Positions 19,256 through 29,321 of a stretch of 64,000 bases of DNA are shown here, in pieces. Under the pieces are notes generated by a model. It worked only from the letters and a program-made list of their open reading frames with translations. It searched no databases and was not told the origin of the DNA. The stretch is from an uncultured delta proteobacterium (GTDB lineage: Bacteria; Desulfobacterota; Binatia; HRBIN30; BPIQ01), in assembly GCA_963761335.1 (NCBI GenBank), contig CAVXGR010000017.1, positions 32,001 through 96,000 on the forward strand. Reading direction: 5' to 3'. A program made the translations under genes and the position numbers. Each line of letters opens with the position of its first letter. Positions within the stretch are counted from its first letter, which is position 1.

Positions 19256-20527
19256 ATGTCGGCAATGCCCAGGGCCATCATCGAATCGCTCGCGTATGGG
19301 GCGCACGGCATCGCCCGCGTCGACGGTAAGGTGCATTTCGTCCGCCAGGTGGTGCCCGGCGACGAGGTGGAGATCGCCGTGCGCGAGGATCACGGGGCCT
19401 ACGCCTACGCCGAGGCGACGCGGTTGATCCGGGCCGGCGCGGCACGGCGAAAACCGCCGTGCCCGTATCTGCCGCGCTGCGGCGGCTGTCCCTGGCAGCA
19501 GGTCGACTACACCGCGCAGCTTGCCGCCAAGGAGGCCGCCGTGCGCGATCTCCTGGGCCGCGTCGGCGGGCTGCGCGACGTCGAGGTGCGGCCCATCGTC
19601 GGCGGCCGCGAGTACGGCTATCGCCGTCGCCTCAGTCTCCGCGTCGAGGGCGGCCGCGTCGGCTACTTTGCCGCGGCCTCGCATGCGCTCGTCCCGGTCG
19701 AGGCCTGCCTGCTGGCCACCGCCGAGCTCGAGGGCGCCATTCCTCTGGCGCAGGAGTGGGTGGCGCGGGCGCGCACGCGCGTCAAGCGGATGGAGATCGC
19801 CGCCCGCGGAGAAGCCGATCGCTTCGTGCTGGTGGCGCAGGCGGAGGGCGGCTTCGCCGCCGCCGACGAGGCCGCGAGCCGCGATCTGCTGCGGCGCCAG
19901 CCGCGCCTCGCCGGTATCGTGCTGCGCGGCCGCGGCTGGCGGCAACGCTGGGGCGACGACGCGGTTCGCGTCCCCTTGCCCGACATCGGCGCGCTCGAGC
20001 TGCGCGCCGAGAGCTTCACGCAGGTGAACGATGCCGCCAATCAGGTGCTGGTGCGCACTGTCCTCTCCGCCGCGCGCCTGCGGCCGGAGGATCGCGTCGT
20101 TGACCTCTACGCCGGCGCCGGCAATCTGTCGCTGCCCCTGGCCCGTGCCGCCGCGGAGGTGGTCGCCGTCGAGCGCAATCCGACGAGCGTCGAGGACGGG
20201 CGCCGCAATGCCCTTCGCATCGGCATCGGCAACCTGAGCTTCATCGCTCTCGACGCCGCGGTGGCGCTGGAGCGGATCGAGGTGATCTCCCCTCGGCTCG
20301 ATTGCGTCGTCCTCGATCCACCGCGCGGCGGTGCCGCCGAAGCGATGGTGCATCTGCGGCGGCTCCGTCCGGCGCGTGTCGTCTACGTGTCCTGCAACCC
20401 GGCGACGCTGGCGCGCGACCTGAAGTCGCTGTCGGACGTCTACGCCGTGGAAAGCGTGCAGCCGATCGACTTCTTTCCGCAGACCCACCACGTGGAGACG
20501 GTGAGCGCCCTGCGGCGGCGGGCGTGA
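19256..20527 (+). CDS. rlmD: 23S rRNA (uracil-C5)-methyltransferase, RlmD/RumA family
   Basis: TRAM-like N-terminus, CPYLPRCGGC, SFTQVN, DLYAGAG, LDPPR, YVSCNP, FPQTHHVE. Confidence 0.92.
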   Translation: MSAMPRAIIESLAYGAHGIARVDGKVHFVRQVVPGDEVEIAVREDHGAYAYAEATRLIRAGAARRKPPCPYLPRCGGCPWQQVDYTAQLAAKEAAVRDLLGRVGGLRDVEVRPIVGGREYGYRRRLSLRVEGGRVGYFAAASHALVPVEACLLATAELEGAIPLAQEWVARARTRVKRMEIAARGEADRFVLVAQAEGGFAAADEAASRDLLRRQPRLAGIVLRGRGWRQRWGDDAVRVPLPDIGALELRAESFTQVNDAANQVLVRTVLSAARLRPEDRVVDLYAGAGNLSLPLARAAAEVVAVERNPTSVEDGRRNALRIGIGNLSFIALDAAVALERIEVISPRLDCVVLDPPRGGAAEAMVHLRRLRPARVVYVSCNPATLARDLKSLSDVYAVESVQPIDFFPQTHHVETVSALRRRA

Positions 20528-20544
20528 AGGGGAGAGCCGGTCTC

Positions 20545-20790
20545 TCAGTCGCACTCGTCGCCGAAGTGGGCGCGGGTGATGCGCTCCTTCAGGTACTCGA
20601 GCGTTCCCAAGTCCTCGACGATGTCGCCGCCGGTGTCGTAAAAGAAGATCTCGCCGTTCTTGTTGCGGCCGACGGCGACCAGCCATTCGAGCTCGTCGCG
20701 ATCTTCGAGAAGATAGTTGATCGTCTGTGAGACGCCTTTGCCCGGAAGGATGGTGACCTTGGGCTTGAGAGACCTACTTTGCTTGGCCAT
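20545..20790 (-). CDS. Small hypothetical protein (81 aa)
   Basis: RBS AGGGAG; coding-like codon usage; no known motif. Confidence 0.75.
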   Translation of the reverse strand: MAKQSRSLKPKVTILPGKGVSQTINYLLEDRDELEWLVAVGRNKNGEIFFYDTGGDIVEDLGTLEYLKERITRAHFGDECD

Positions 20791-20877
20791 CGGGTAACAA
20801 CTCCCTGAACGGTCACTTGCACGCGTGCCGAACGGCGTTCACTCGGAAAGGTACCATACGGTCCCCGGAGTCGCCAG

Positions 20878-21279
20878 TCAATCGCGCTTCAGAGTCGGCG
20901 GTATCTCCTCCTCCGGAAGCTCGGCGATCACCTGGTCGCCTTCGACCTCGAGGGGCACGCGGGTGAGATATTTCCCACACGGCGGCCCGGCGACGCACTC
21001 GCCGGTGTCGGGGAGATAGCAGGCGCCGTGGGTGCTGCAGAGAACGTAGTCGCCCTCCTCGGTGAAGAATTGATTCTCCACCCAGTCGAGGCTCAGGGGA
21101 ATGTGACAGCAGCGATTCACGTAGGCGTGCAGCGCGCCGCCGAAGTTGAGCACGAAGGCCTCGATCTCCTGGCCGCCGATGTGGAAGACGAACTTCTTGG
21201 TGGTCCCCGGCGCCAGCTCACCGAGGCGGGCCACCGGCAGACGCAGCTGATTCTCGGAGCCCGGCAAGGCGCGCGACAT
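20878..21279 (-). CDS. Rieske [2Fe-2S] ferredoxin
   Basis: NRCCH...CSTHGA...GECVAGP. Confidence 0.92.
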   Translation of the reverse strand: MSRALPGSENQLRLPVARLGELAPGTTKKFVFHIGGQEIEAFVLNFGGALHAYVNRCCHIPLSLDWVENQFFTEEGDYVLCSTHGACYLPDTGECVAGPPCGKYLTRVPLEVEGDQVIAELPEEEIPPTLKRD

Positions 21280-21305
21280 GTCCCTTCGCTCCGGCGCCCG
21301 GCGCC

Positions 21306-22877
21306 TCAGGAGCGCACCCGCAGCCGCGCCATCACCAGCAGAGCGGCGACGGCGGCGACCACGCTCCAGCCGAAGACGTCGCCGTATCGAGTGTAGATGC
21401 TCATCAAGGACAGCGGTCGCACCTCGCCGATGAGGACGTCGGCGCGGAACGTTCCCAGCTCGCTGACCACCCGTCCGAGCGGATCGATGATGCTGGTGAC
21501 GCCGCTGTTGCTGGCGCGCAGCAGATAGCGGCGATTCTCCACCGCCCGCCAGAGCGCCAGCGCCTGGTGCTCGTGCGGTCCGGCGCTGTCTCCAAACCAG
21601 GCGTCGTTCAGAATGTTGAAGAGGATCTGCGCACCGGCGCGCGTCATTCGCCGGGGGATGCCGGAGACCACGTCCTCGTAGCAGATCAGCGGTCCGAGCA
21701 CGGCGCCGGGAATCGCGAAGGTGTGGATTCCGCGACCGGGGGTGAAGTCGCCGCTCTGCGGGCTCAAGCGCTTGACGAAGGGGAGCAGGCGCGCCCCCGG
21801 GAGGTACTCGCCAAAGGGCATGAGGATGTGTTTGTCGTAGCGGCCGAGGAGGGCGTCGCCGGGTCCGACGAGGAAGGCGCTGTTGAAGGCCTCGACCTCG
21901 TCGCGATTCAGGTAGCGATAGGACAGACCGCCGTATACCAGATAGGTGCGCAGCCCGGGCAGCGGATGGAGCCGCGGCTCGAGAATCGCGGCATCCGCCG
22001 GCGTCCACCACTGCGCCACCGTCTCCGGCCAGATCATCAGGTCGACCTTGTCCTGCACCTGGCGAGAGATGTCGCGGTACTGCTCGACGTTCACCTGGAA
22101 GAAGGCGGCGTTCTTCTTCTGCTCGATGCTGACGTTTCCCTGAATGAGACCGACGCGCAGTGGCGTCGACTGCCGCAGCGCCGCTTCGATCTGCGGCATG
22201 CGCACGGCGCCGTAGAGGGCGATGGCGCCGACCAGGCCGGCGGCGGCAAGCAGCGGGGCAAAGCGCCGCGGCCGGGCGAGGGCGAGGGCGAGGACGATGC
22301 CGGCGTTTACCCAGAGAATGGCCAGGCTCAGGGCAAACGGTCCGCCGAGGTCGCCCACCTGGATCAGCAGCGGCACAGGAAACTGCGAGTTGGCCATGCG
22401 CCAGGGAAAGAGATTGAGATAGAGGAACTCGAGCGCCGTCCACAGCAGCGCCGGCGCCAGCCCCAGCAAGGCGAAGCCGAGGCGCCGCACGCCGAGGCCG
22501 AAGAGCACGAACTGCCCCGTCGAGTAGGCGGTGAGACACACGTAGAAGAAGACGGAGACCACCATCGGAAATCCGCCGAACACGTGCATGGTGTGCATCA
22601 GCCAGTAGAAGCCGAGGAAGTTGGTGATGAAGCCGGCAAGGGCGGAAGCGATGATCACTTCTCGGGTGCCCTTCGCCTGCCGCAACACCCACAGCAACGG
22701 CACGAACGACACCCAGGCGAGCGGATAGAGTGACGGCGCCAGGAACCCGGCGGCGATCAGCGGCCCGCTGCAAGCGGCCGCCGTGTAGCCTCGCCAGCTG
22801 ATCGTGCCGGTGCGGCTGTCGGCGCCGGCCGATGGAGCGACGGCGACGGCGGCAATCGTCTCGCTACGGCCGTTCAT
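21306..22877 (-). CDS. lnt: Apolipoprotein N-acyltransferase
   Basis: TM N-terminus, QGN, WPE, YDK, PFGEY, ICYE (E-K-C triad), NDAWFG, RAVENRR. Confidence 0.95.
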   Translation of the reverse strand: MNGRSETIAAVAVAPSAGADSRTGTISWRGYTAAACSGPLIAAGFLAPSLYPLAWVSFVPLLWVLRQAKGTREVIIASALAGFITNFLGFYWLMHTMHVFGGFPMVVSVFFYVCLTAYSTGQFVLFGLGVRRLGFALLGLAPALLWTALEFLYLNLFPWRMANSQFPVPLLIQVGDLGGPFALSLAILWVNAGIVLALALARPRRFAPLLAAAGLVGAIALYGAVRMPQIEAALRQSTPLRVGLIQGNVSIEQKKNAAFFQVNVEQYRDISRQVQDKVDLMIWPETVAQWWTPADAAILEPRLHPLPGLRTYLVYGGLSYRYLNRDEVEAFNSAFLVGPGDALLGRYDKHILMPFGEYLPGARLLPFVKRLSPQSGDFTPGRGIHTFAIPGAVLGPLICYEDVVSGIPRRMTRAGAQILFNILNDAWFGDSAGPHEHQALALWRAVENRRYLLRASNSGVTSIIDPLGRVVSELGTFRADVLIGEVRPLSLMSIYTRYGDVFGWSVVAAVAALLVMARLRVRS

Positions 22878-22926
22878 TGCCTACGAGTAAATGGGGGCGC
22901 GGAAAGAAAGTCAAAGGGGAAGGGCC

Positions 22927-22995
22927 GGGAGCGCCGTCATCTCGGCCGCCTCTGCTCTCTGACGGCCACTTTGCAGCCGGGACGGCGGCGCTCCC
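22927..22995. repeat. REP-like palindrome, family A
   Basis: GGGAGCGCCGTCATCTCGGCCGC...GCAGCCGGGACGGCGGCGCTCCC, just downstream of msrB. Confidence 0.8.
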
Positions 22996-23001
22996 GGGCG
23001 G

Positions 23002-23397
23002 CTATTTCCGTTCCAGCTTCAGGGCGGCGGAGTTCATGCAGTAGCGCTGGCCGCTGGGTGCCGGGCCATCGTCGAAAACGTGGCCGAGGTGGGCGTCGCA
23101 GGCGCTGCAGAGCACCTCGTTGCGCACCATGCCGTGGCTCTCGTCGGTTCGTGTCTCGACGTTCTCCGCGGAGATCGGCTGTGTGAAGCTCGGCCATCCG
23201 CTGCCGGACTCGTACTTGGTCTCCGAGCTGAAGAGCTCGTTGCCGCAGCAGGCACAGCGATAGATTCCGGGCTCCTTGCAGTTGTAGTACTCGCCGGTGA
23301 ACGGCCGCTCCGTTGCCGCCTGCCGGCAGACGGCGTACTGCTCGGGCGCCAGCTCCCGGCGCCACTCCTCCTCCGACTTGCGCACCTTCTCCTTCAT
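23002..23397 (-). CDS. msrB: Peptide-methionine (R)-S-oxide reductase
   Basis: [38 protein letters not shown]. Confidence 0.97.
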   Translation of the reverse strand: MKEKVRKSEEEWRRELAPEQYAVCRQAATERPFTGEYYNCKEPGIYRCACCGNELFSSETKYESGSGWPSFTQPISAENVETRTDESHGMVRNEVLCSACDAHLGHVFDDGPAPSGQRYCMNSAALKLERK

Positions 23398-23453
23398 CTG
23401 CTTGTCCTTTCGATTGTGTTCCCGCGTCCAGTCTACGAGCGCCAGCGGCCGCT

Positions 23454-24620
23454 TCAAGTCAAGCTCTCGTATACGGCGTCGATCAGCGTCTGCCCCCGAG
23501 GGTTCAGCAGGACCCCGGGGCCGAGCTGATTCATCACGTAGCCGATGGCGACCTCGGCCACCGGATCGGCCATACCGAAGGATCCTCCGGCGCCGGCGTG
23601 TCCGAATGCCTCGGGATTCGGTCCGAGGAGGGCGCTGTCGTCCGGGCGGTTGTCGATCGTCTTCATGAAGCCCGAGGCAAAGCGCGTCGGCATCAGCAGG
23701 ATCAGGTCTTCTCCTTCGGACTCGACGGTGGACATGGCCTCGACTCTGTCGCGGTCCACGAGCCGCACGCCGTTCCACTGCCCGCCGAGGGCCAGCGGCG
23801 CGTACATACCGGCGAGCCCGCGCGCCGAGGCGATGCCGTTGGCGGCGGGGATCTCGGCGGCGTGCACGGCGCGCGAGTTCGCCTGGCCGGGCATCATCAG
23901 GCCGCGCGGGTTGAGGAACGCCCGCGAGGTGAGCGTCTTGCGGCTGAAGATGGCGCGCGTGACCGGGCTCGGCGGCGACTGCATCGGCGGCATGCGAATG
24001 GTGGCGAGGCGCGGCTCGAGAGGTGCGGGCAGGCCGATCCAGAAGTCGAGGCCGAGCGGGCCGGCGATCTCCTCGCGGAAGAAGGTGCCGACCGATCGGC
24101 CGCCCACCCGCCGAACCACCTCGCCGACCAGCCAGCCGAAGGTGATGGCGTGATAGCCGTGCGCCGTTCCCGGCGCCCAATGCGGCACCTGCGTTGCCAG
24201 CGCCCGGGTCATCGCCTCCCAGTCGAAGATGGTGTCCGGAGGGAGCGGCTCGTCCACGGCGGGCAGGCCCGCCTGGTGATTGAGGAGCATGCGCACCGGA
24301 ATGCGCTCCTTGCCGGCGGCGGCAAACTCGGGCCAGTAACGGGCCACCGGCTGGTCGAGGTCAAGGCGCCCGCGCTCCGCGAGCACATGGGCGCACAGTG
24401 CCGTCGCCGCCTTGGTGCAGGAGAAGATCATCGCCAGCGTATCGGCGGTCCAGGCGCCGCCGCGACGCCGGTCGGTGCGGCCTCCCCAGAGATCGACCAC
24501 CGTGCGCCCCTCGCAGATGACGCAGAGCGATGCCCCGAGCTCGGCGCGCTCGGCGAAGTTGGCCGCGAACGCGTCGCGCACCCGGGCGAAGCGCCCGTCC
24601 GCGCTTCCCTCGACGCTCAT
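23454..24620 (-). CDS. Serine hydrolase, beta-lactamase-like (EstB/family VIII esterase)
   Basis: FSCTK (SxxK), [25 protein letters not shown]. Confidence 0.92.
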   Translation of the reverse strand: MSVEGSADGRFARVRDAFAANFAERAELGASLCVICEGRTVVDLWGGRTDRRRGGAWTADTLAMIFSCTKAATALCAHVLAERGRLDLDQPVARYWPEFAAAGKERIPVRMLLNHQAGLPAVDEPLPPDTIFDWEAMTRALATQVPHWAPGTAHGYHAITFGWLVGEVVRRVGGRSVGTFFREEIAGPLGLDFWIGLPAPLEPRLATIRMPPMQSPPSPVTRAIFSRKTLTSRAFLNPRGLMMPGQANSRAVHAAEIPAANGIASARGLAGMYAPLALGGQWNGVRLVDRDRVEAMSTVESEGEDLILLMPTRFASGFMKTIDNRPDDSALLGPNPEAFGHAGAGGSFGMADPVAEVAIGYVMNQLGPGVLLNPRGQTLIDAVYESLT

Positions 24621-24636
24621 CGGCGAGCGCCCGCGG

Positions 24637-25293
24637 CTAGCGCTTGCGGGCGATGGTCAGTCCGTCGGCGATCGGCAGCATCACCGCGTCGACGCGCTCG
24701 TCGGTGACGAGGAAGTCGTTGAGCTCGCGCAGCGCCCGGGTAGCGTCGTCGGCGGTGCTGGCGTCGAGCACCGCGCCCATCCACAGGACGTTGTCGAACA
24801 GGATCAATCCGTTGGGGCGCAGGCGCCCCAGGATCTCTTCGTAATAGTGGCGGTAGTTGACCTTGTCGGCGTCGATGAAGGCCATGTCGAATGTCGTGGA
24901 GGCGGGGAGGGCCCGCAGGGTCTCCAGGGCGGGCCCCAGGCGCAGCTCGATCTTGTGCACCTGCCCGGCCTTCTCCCAGTACCGCCGCCCGATCGAGGTC
25001 CACTGGTCGTTGATGTCGCAGCAGAGGAGCTTGCCGTCGTCGGGCAGACCGCGAGCGACACACAGGGCGCTGTAGCCGGTGAAGGTGCCGATCTCGACCG
25101 CGGAGCGAGCCCCGATGGCGAGGGCCAGAATGGTCATCAACGCGCCCTGCTCCGGGGCGATCTGCATCATGCTCACCGGCCCGAGCCGCGCCGTTTCTTC
25201 AGCTAGAGCGGCGAGCACCGGATCGCGCTCGCTGCGGTGATTGATGAGATACTGGTATAGTTCGGGGGTCAGGTTGAGGAACTTGTCGGGCAT
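24637..25293 (-). CDS. SAM-dependent O-methyltransferase (caffeoyl-CoA OMT-like)
   Basis: EIGTFTGYS, FIDADK, DNVLW, DG motifs. Confidence 0.93.
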   Translation of the reverse strand: MPDKFLNLTPELYQYLINHRSERDPVLAALAEETARLGPVSMMQIAPEQGALMTILALAIGARSAVEIGTFTGYSALCVARGLPDDGKLLCCDINDQWTSIGRRYWEKAGQVHKIELRLGPALETLRALPASTTFDMAFIDADKVNYRHYYEEILGRLRPNGLILFDNVLWMGAVLDASTADDATRALRELNDFLVTDERVDAVMLPIADGLTIARKR

Positions 25294-25356
25294 CCGGAAA
25301 CCTCCGCTCTGCAGGAGATTACCGTCGTGAGCTGCTCCCGTCTAGGTGCGAATGTC

Positions 25357-25421
25357 AGCGGGGCCATCTTGTCCGCCTCTGCCCTTTGATGGCCACCTTG
25401 CGGCCGGGACGACCGCGCTCC
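25357..25421. repeat. REP-like palindrome, family A (degenerate)
   Basis: Aligns along arms and loop with 22927-22995. Confidence 0.65.
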
Positions 25422-25438
25422 GAGGCGGCTCCCCGCTC

Positions 25439-26614
25439 TCAACGCGCCAGCAGCAGGTACAGCTCGCCGCTGCTGCGCATCGGGCCGGCGATGCGCTCGG
25501 CGGCTTTGCCGCTGCCCCAGAAGACGTCGACGCGCGCCGGTCCGGTGATGGCGGCGCCGGTATCCTGCGGGAAGACGAAGCGCGCCAGCGGCAGCTGGGC
25601 ACCCGACACCCCGGGCCGCTCGGCGCGGATGAAGGACAGCGCCCCCAGCGGATACGCCTTGGGATCGACGGCAATCGAGCGGCCCGGAGTGAGCGGCACC
25701 CCCATGCTTCCGATCGGCCCGACCGGAACCGGGCGGAAGAAGATGTAGCGCTCGTTCTGGTCGAGCAGCGAATCGCGCTCCTGCGGGTGGGCGCGCAGAT
25801 AGTCTTCCAGTGACTGGAGCGAGACGTCCTCGAGCGGAATGGCGCCGCGCTCGACGAGGATCTTGCCGATGCTCCGGTACGGCCGCCCATTGGAGCCGGC
25901 ATAGCTGACGCGCATGAAGGTGCCGTCGTCGAAGCGCAGCAGCCCCGAGCCCTGCACGTGCAGGAAGAAGGCGTCGATCGGATCGTCGAGCCAGGCCAAC
26001 TCCTGCTCGCGCCCAGCGAGGGCGCCCCGCTCGATCTCGGCGCGCGTGTAGTAGGGCCGGAACTTGCCGTCCTTCACCCGCCCGGCGGCGATGGTTCCCG
26101 CGCAGGCGCTGCAGAACTTGCCGAGGTCGATGTCGACGAGGTCGCTCGGCAGCTGATAGAGCGGGTAACGGAAGCGCTCGCTGCGCTCGCGGCTGGCGCG
26201 CAGCTCGGGCTCGTAATACCCGGTGAACAGCAGCGCCCCGGCCGGCGCGGCGCGCAGCACCTGGAAGCGGCCGGCGATCAGCGCCGTCCAGTCGATCGGC
26301 GGTGGGGCGGAGGCGACGGCGGCGCGAAAGAGATCGAGCGTGCGCCTCAGCTCGGCGACGGTGACGGTGCGGTTCGGCAGAGCATAGGTGCGTCCCGGCG
26401 GCAGGCGATCGAGCTGGGCGCGGCTCTGCTCCAAGGCGCGCAGCATCGAATCGCGGTCGGAGTCGTCGGCGAACAGGGGCAGGCGGTCGACCTCGACCAG
26501 GCCGGCCATGGGCGGTGGCGGCGCTTCCGCGAGGTGCAGCGCACCGCAGTGCAGCCCCGCGAGCGCCAGCAGCCCGAGCGCGGCGGCGGAGAGAGACGGG
26601 CGGATGCGGATCAC
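25439..26614 (-). CDS. mltA: Membrane-bound lytic murein transglycosylase A
   Basis: Lipoprotein-like signal (LAGLHCG), TGYYEP, FFLHVQGSG, SIAVD, QDTGAAITG, VDVFWG; GTG overlaps the upstream stop. Confidence 0.93.
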   Translation of the reverse strand: MIRIRPSLSAAALGLLALAGLHCGALHLAEAPPPPMAGLVEVDRLPLFADDSDRDSMLRALEQSRAQLDRLPPGRTYALPNRTVTVAELRRTLDLFRAAVASAPPPIDWTALIAGRFQVLRAAPAGALLFTGYYEPELRASRERSERFRYPLYQLPSDLVDIDLGKFCSACAGTIAAGRVKDGKFRPYYTRAEIERGALAGREQELAWLDDPIDAFFLHVQGSGLLRFDDGTFMRVSYAGSNGRPYRSIGKILVERGAIPLEDVSLQSLEDYLRAHPQERDSLLDQNERYIFFRPVPVGPIGSMGVPLTPGRSIAVDPKAYPLGALSFIRAERPGVSGAQLPLARFVFPQDTGAAITGPARVDVFWGSGKAAERIAGPMRSSGELYLLLAR

Positions 26615-27789
26615 GACTTCTGGTAGGCGCGACTGGCGGCGTCGAGGCCGGCCGCGGGATCGACGCGATGCCCCGCCGGCGGCAGGATACGACCGAGAGC
26701 GCTGAGCAACAGAAGCACGTTTGCCTCGCTGCTCGACTCTCCCATGAGCCCGATGCGCCACACCTTCCCCTTCAGTGGACCCAGACCGCCGCCAATCTCG
26801 ATGTCGTGCTCTTCGAGCAGGCGGCGTCGCACCAGGGCCTCGTCGACGCCTTCGGGCACCGTGACGCAGTTGAGCGTCGGCAGCTGGTGTCCTTCCTGCG
26901 AGGCCAGGGCGCAGCCGAGGGCCGCCAGCCCCGCCTTCAGCGCCTCGTGGTTGCGGCTGTGGCGCGCGAAGCGCCGCGGCAGACCCTCCTCGTGGATCAG
27001 CTGCAGAGCCTCGCGTAGCCCATAGGCCATCGAGATCGGCGCGGTGTGATGGTAAACGCGTTCCTCGCCCCAGTACTTCTCGATCATGGTCAGATCGAGA
27101 TACCAGCTCGCCACCTTGTGGCGCCGCCGGTGGAGGACGTCGACGGCGCGTGCGCCGAAGGTGACGGGCGCCAGGCCGGGTGAGCAGCTGAGGCACTTTT
27201 GCGTGCCGCTGTAACAGGCGTCGATCCCCCACGCGTCGACGTCAACGGGGATGCCGCCCAGCGAGGTGACCGTGTCGACCACGAAGAGCGCCCCGGCGTC
27301 GCGCGCCAGGCGGCTGATGTCCTCCAGCGGTTGCCAGGCCCCGGTCGAGGTTTCGGCGTGCACCACCGCTACCAGCTTCGGGCGCCTGCACCGCTCGAGG
27401 GCTGCGGCGACGTCGTCGGCGTCGATGATCCGTCCCCACGGCGCCTCGACCACCACCGGAGTCGCCCGGCAGCGCTCGACGATGTCGACCATGCGCGTGC
27501 CGAAGACGCCGTTGACGCCGATCACCGCCTCGTCCCCGTCCTCCAGCAGGTTCACCAGGCAGGCCTCCATGCCGGCGCTACCGGTTCCGGAGATGGGGAT
27601 CGTCAGGGCGTTGGCGGTCTGGAAGGTGTGGCGCAGCAGAGTCTTGATTTCTTCCATGATCTCGAGGAAGGCCGGGTCGAGGTGGCCGACGAGCGGCGTC
27701 GCCATGGCGCGCAGCACACGCGGATGAACCTCGCTCGGGCCGGGACCGAGCAGAATGCGGCGGGGAGGACGGAGTTCTTTTGTCTGCAT
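26611..27789 (-). CDS. Alanine/serine-glyoxylate aminotransferase (class V)
   Basis: LLGPGPS, SGTGSAGMEA, HAETSTG, DTVTSLGG, SGTQKCL, YHHT. Confidence 0.93.
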   Translation of the reverse strand: MQTKELRPPRRILLGPGPSEVHPRVLRAMATPLVGHLDPAFLEIMEEIKTLLRHTFQTANALTIPISGTGSAGMEACLVNLLEDGDEAVIGVNGVFGTRMVDIVERCRATPVVVEAPWGRIIDADDVAAALERCRRPKLVAVVHAETSTGAWQPLEDISRLARDAGALFVVDTVTSLGGIPVDVDAWGIDACYSGTQKCLSCSPGLAPVTFGARAVDVLHRRRHKVASWYLDLTMIEKYWGEERVYHHTAPISMAYGLREALQLIHEEGLPRRFARHSRNHEALKAGLAALGCALASQEGHQLPTLNCVTVPEGVDEALVRRRLLEEHDIEIGGGLGPLKGKVWRIGLMGESSSEANVLLLLSALGRILPPAGHRVDPAAGLDAASRAYQKS

Positions 27790-27860
27790 CGCGGCGTCTC
27801 GGGTGCGGCGTTGATGGCGATTTGCGCTTGTATCTGGCGCTGGATACGCTGTCAAAAACC

Positions 27861-29321
27861 ATGGTCGAGGCGAAGCTGATCCGCGCTCTGCGACAGGTGG
27901 TCGGCGACCATCACGTGGTCGTCCATCCAGCGGAGCTGCGCGTCTACGAGTGCGACGGCTACACGCTCGACAAGGCGGCACCGGAGGTCGTCGTTCTTCC
28001 CGGCTCGTCCGCGGAAGTGGCGGCGGTGGTGCGGCTTCTGGCGCGCGCCGGGGTGCGCTTCGTGCCGCGCGGCGCCGGTACGGGCCTGAGCGGCGGCTGC
28101 CTGCCCGTGCAGGCGCCGGTGACCGTGTGCACCAGTCGCATGAATCGCATCCTCGAGATTGATCTCGCCAACCGGCGCGCCGTGGTCGAGTCCGGCGTGG
28201 TCAACGCCTCGATTTCGAAGGCGGTGCACGCCGCCGGTCTGCTCTACGCTCCCGACCCCTCCAGCCAATCGGCCTGCACCATCGGCGGCAACGTCGCCGA
28301 GAACTCCGGCGGCCCACACACGCTCAAGTACGGGGTGACCACCAATCACGTGCTCGGCCTCGAGGTGGTGCTCGCTTCCGGCGAGGTGGTCGAGCTCGGC
28401 GGCGTGGTCGAGGACGTTCCCGGCTACGATCTCACCGGCTTCACCGTCGGCTCCGAGGGCACCTTCGGCATCGTCACCAAGGCGGTGCTGCGCCTGCTGC
28501 GCCGCGCCGAGGCGACGACGACGTTCATGGCGGTGTTCGACTCGGTGCAGGACGCCACCGAGACGGTCTCTGCGATCATCGCCGCCGGCATCGTTCCGGC
28601 GGCGCTCGAGATGATGGACCAGACCATCATCGAGGCGGTCGAGGCGGCATACCATTTTGGTTTTCCGGCCGATGCCGGCGCCGTGCTCATCGTCGAGCTC
28701 GACGGCCTCGAGGCGGGCGTGGCCGCGCAGACGGCGCGCGCCGTGGCGGCGTGCCGAGACCGCGGCGCGCGCGAGGTGCGCATCGCCGCCGATGAGGCGG
28801 AGCGGGCTCTGCTGTGGAAGAGCCGCAAGCGCGCCTTCGGCGCAGTGGGGCGCTTGGCGCCGAACTACTGCACCCAGGACGGCGTCGTCCCGCGCACCAG
28901 GGTCCCCGACATCCTGCGCGTCATTCAGGACGCGGCGGCCCGACATCGCCTCCGCATTGGCAACGTCTTCCATGCCGGCGATGGCAACATCCACCCGATT
29001 CTGCTCTACGACGAGCGCGACGGTGCGCAGGTCGAACGCGTGCTCGCCGCCGGGCGCGAGATTCTCGAGGCCTGCGTTCGTCTCGGCGGCAGTCTCACTG
29101 GTGAGCACGGTATCGGCGTGGAGAAGATGGACCAGATGCCCCTCATCTTCTCCGCGGACGAGCTGGAGGTGATGCGCCGCCTGCGCCGTGCCTTCGACCC
29201 CGAGGAGCGCTGCAATCCGGGAAAGATCTTTCCGACTCCCGGGGGCTGTGTCGAGACGCGCGCTCGGCGACGTCTCGCCGGCAGGCGCGGGGCCCTCGCA
29301 TCGGGGGGGATCTCCCCGTGA
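27861..29321 (+). CDS. glcD: Glycolate oxidase FAD subunit
   Basis: RGAGTGLSGG, PDPSS, ENSGGPH.LKYG, HAGDGNIHP, GEHGIG.EK, NPGK. Confidence 0.92.
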   Translation: MVEAKLIRALRQVVGDHHVVVHPAELRVYECDGYTLDKAAPEVVVLPGSSAEVAAVVRLLARAGVRFVPRGAGTGLSGGCLPVQAPVTVCTSRMNRILEIDLANRRAVVESGVVNASISKAVHAAGLLYAPDPSSQSACTIGGNVAENSGGPHTLKYGVTTNHVLGLEVVLASGEVVELGGVVEDVPGYDLTGFTVGSEGTFGIVTKAVLRLLRRAEATTTFMAVFDSVQDATETVSAIIAAGIVPAALEMMDQTIIEAVEAAYHFGFPADAGAVLIVELDGLEAGVAAQTARAVAACRDRGAREVRIAADEAERALLWKSRKRAFGAVGRLAPNYCTQDGVVPRTRVPDILRVIQDAAARHRLRIGNVFHAGDGNIHPILLYDERDGAQVERVLAAGREILEACVRLGGSLTGEHGIGVEKMDQMPLIFSADELEVMRRLRRAFDPEERCNPGKIFPTPGGCVETRARRRLAGRRGALASGGISP

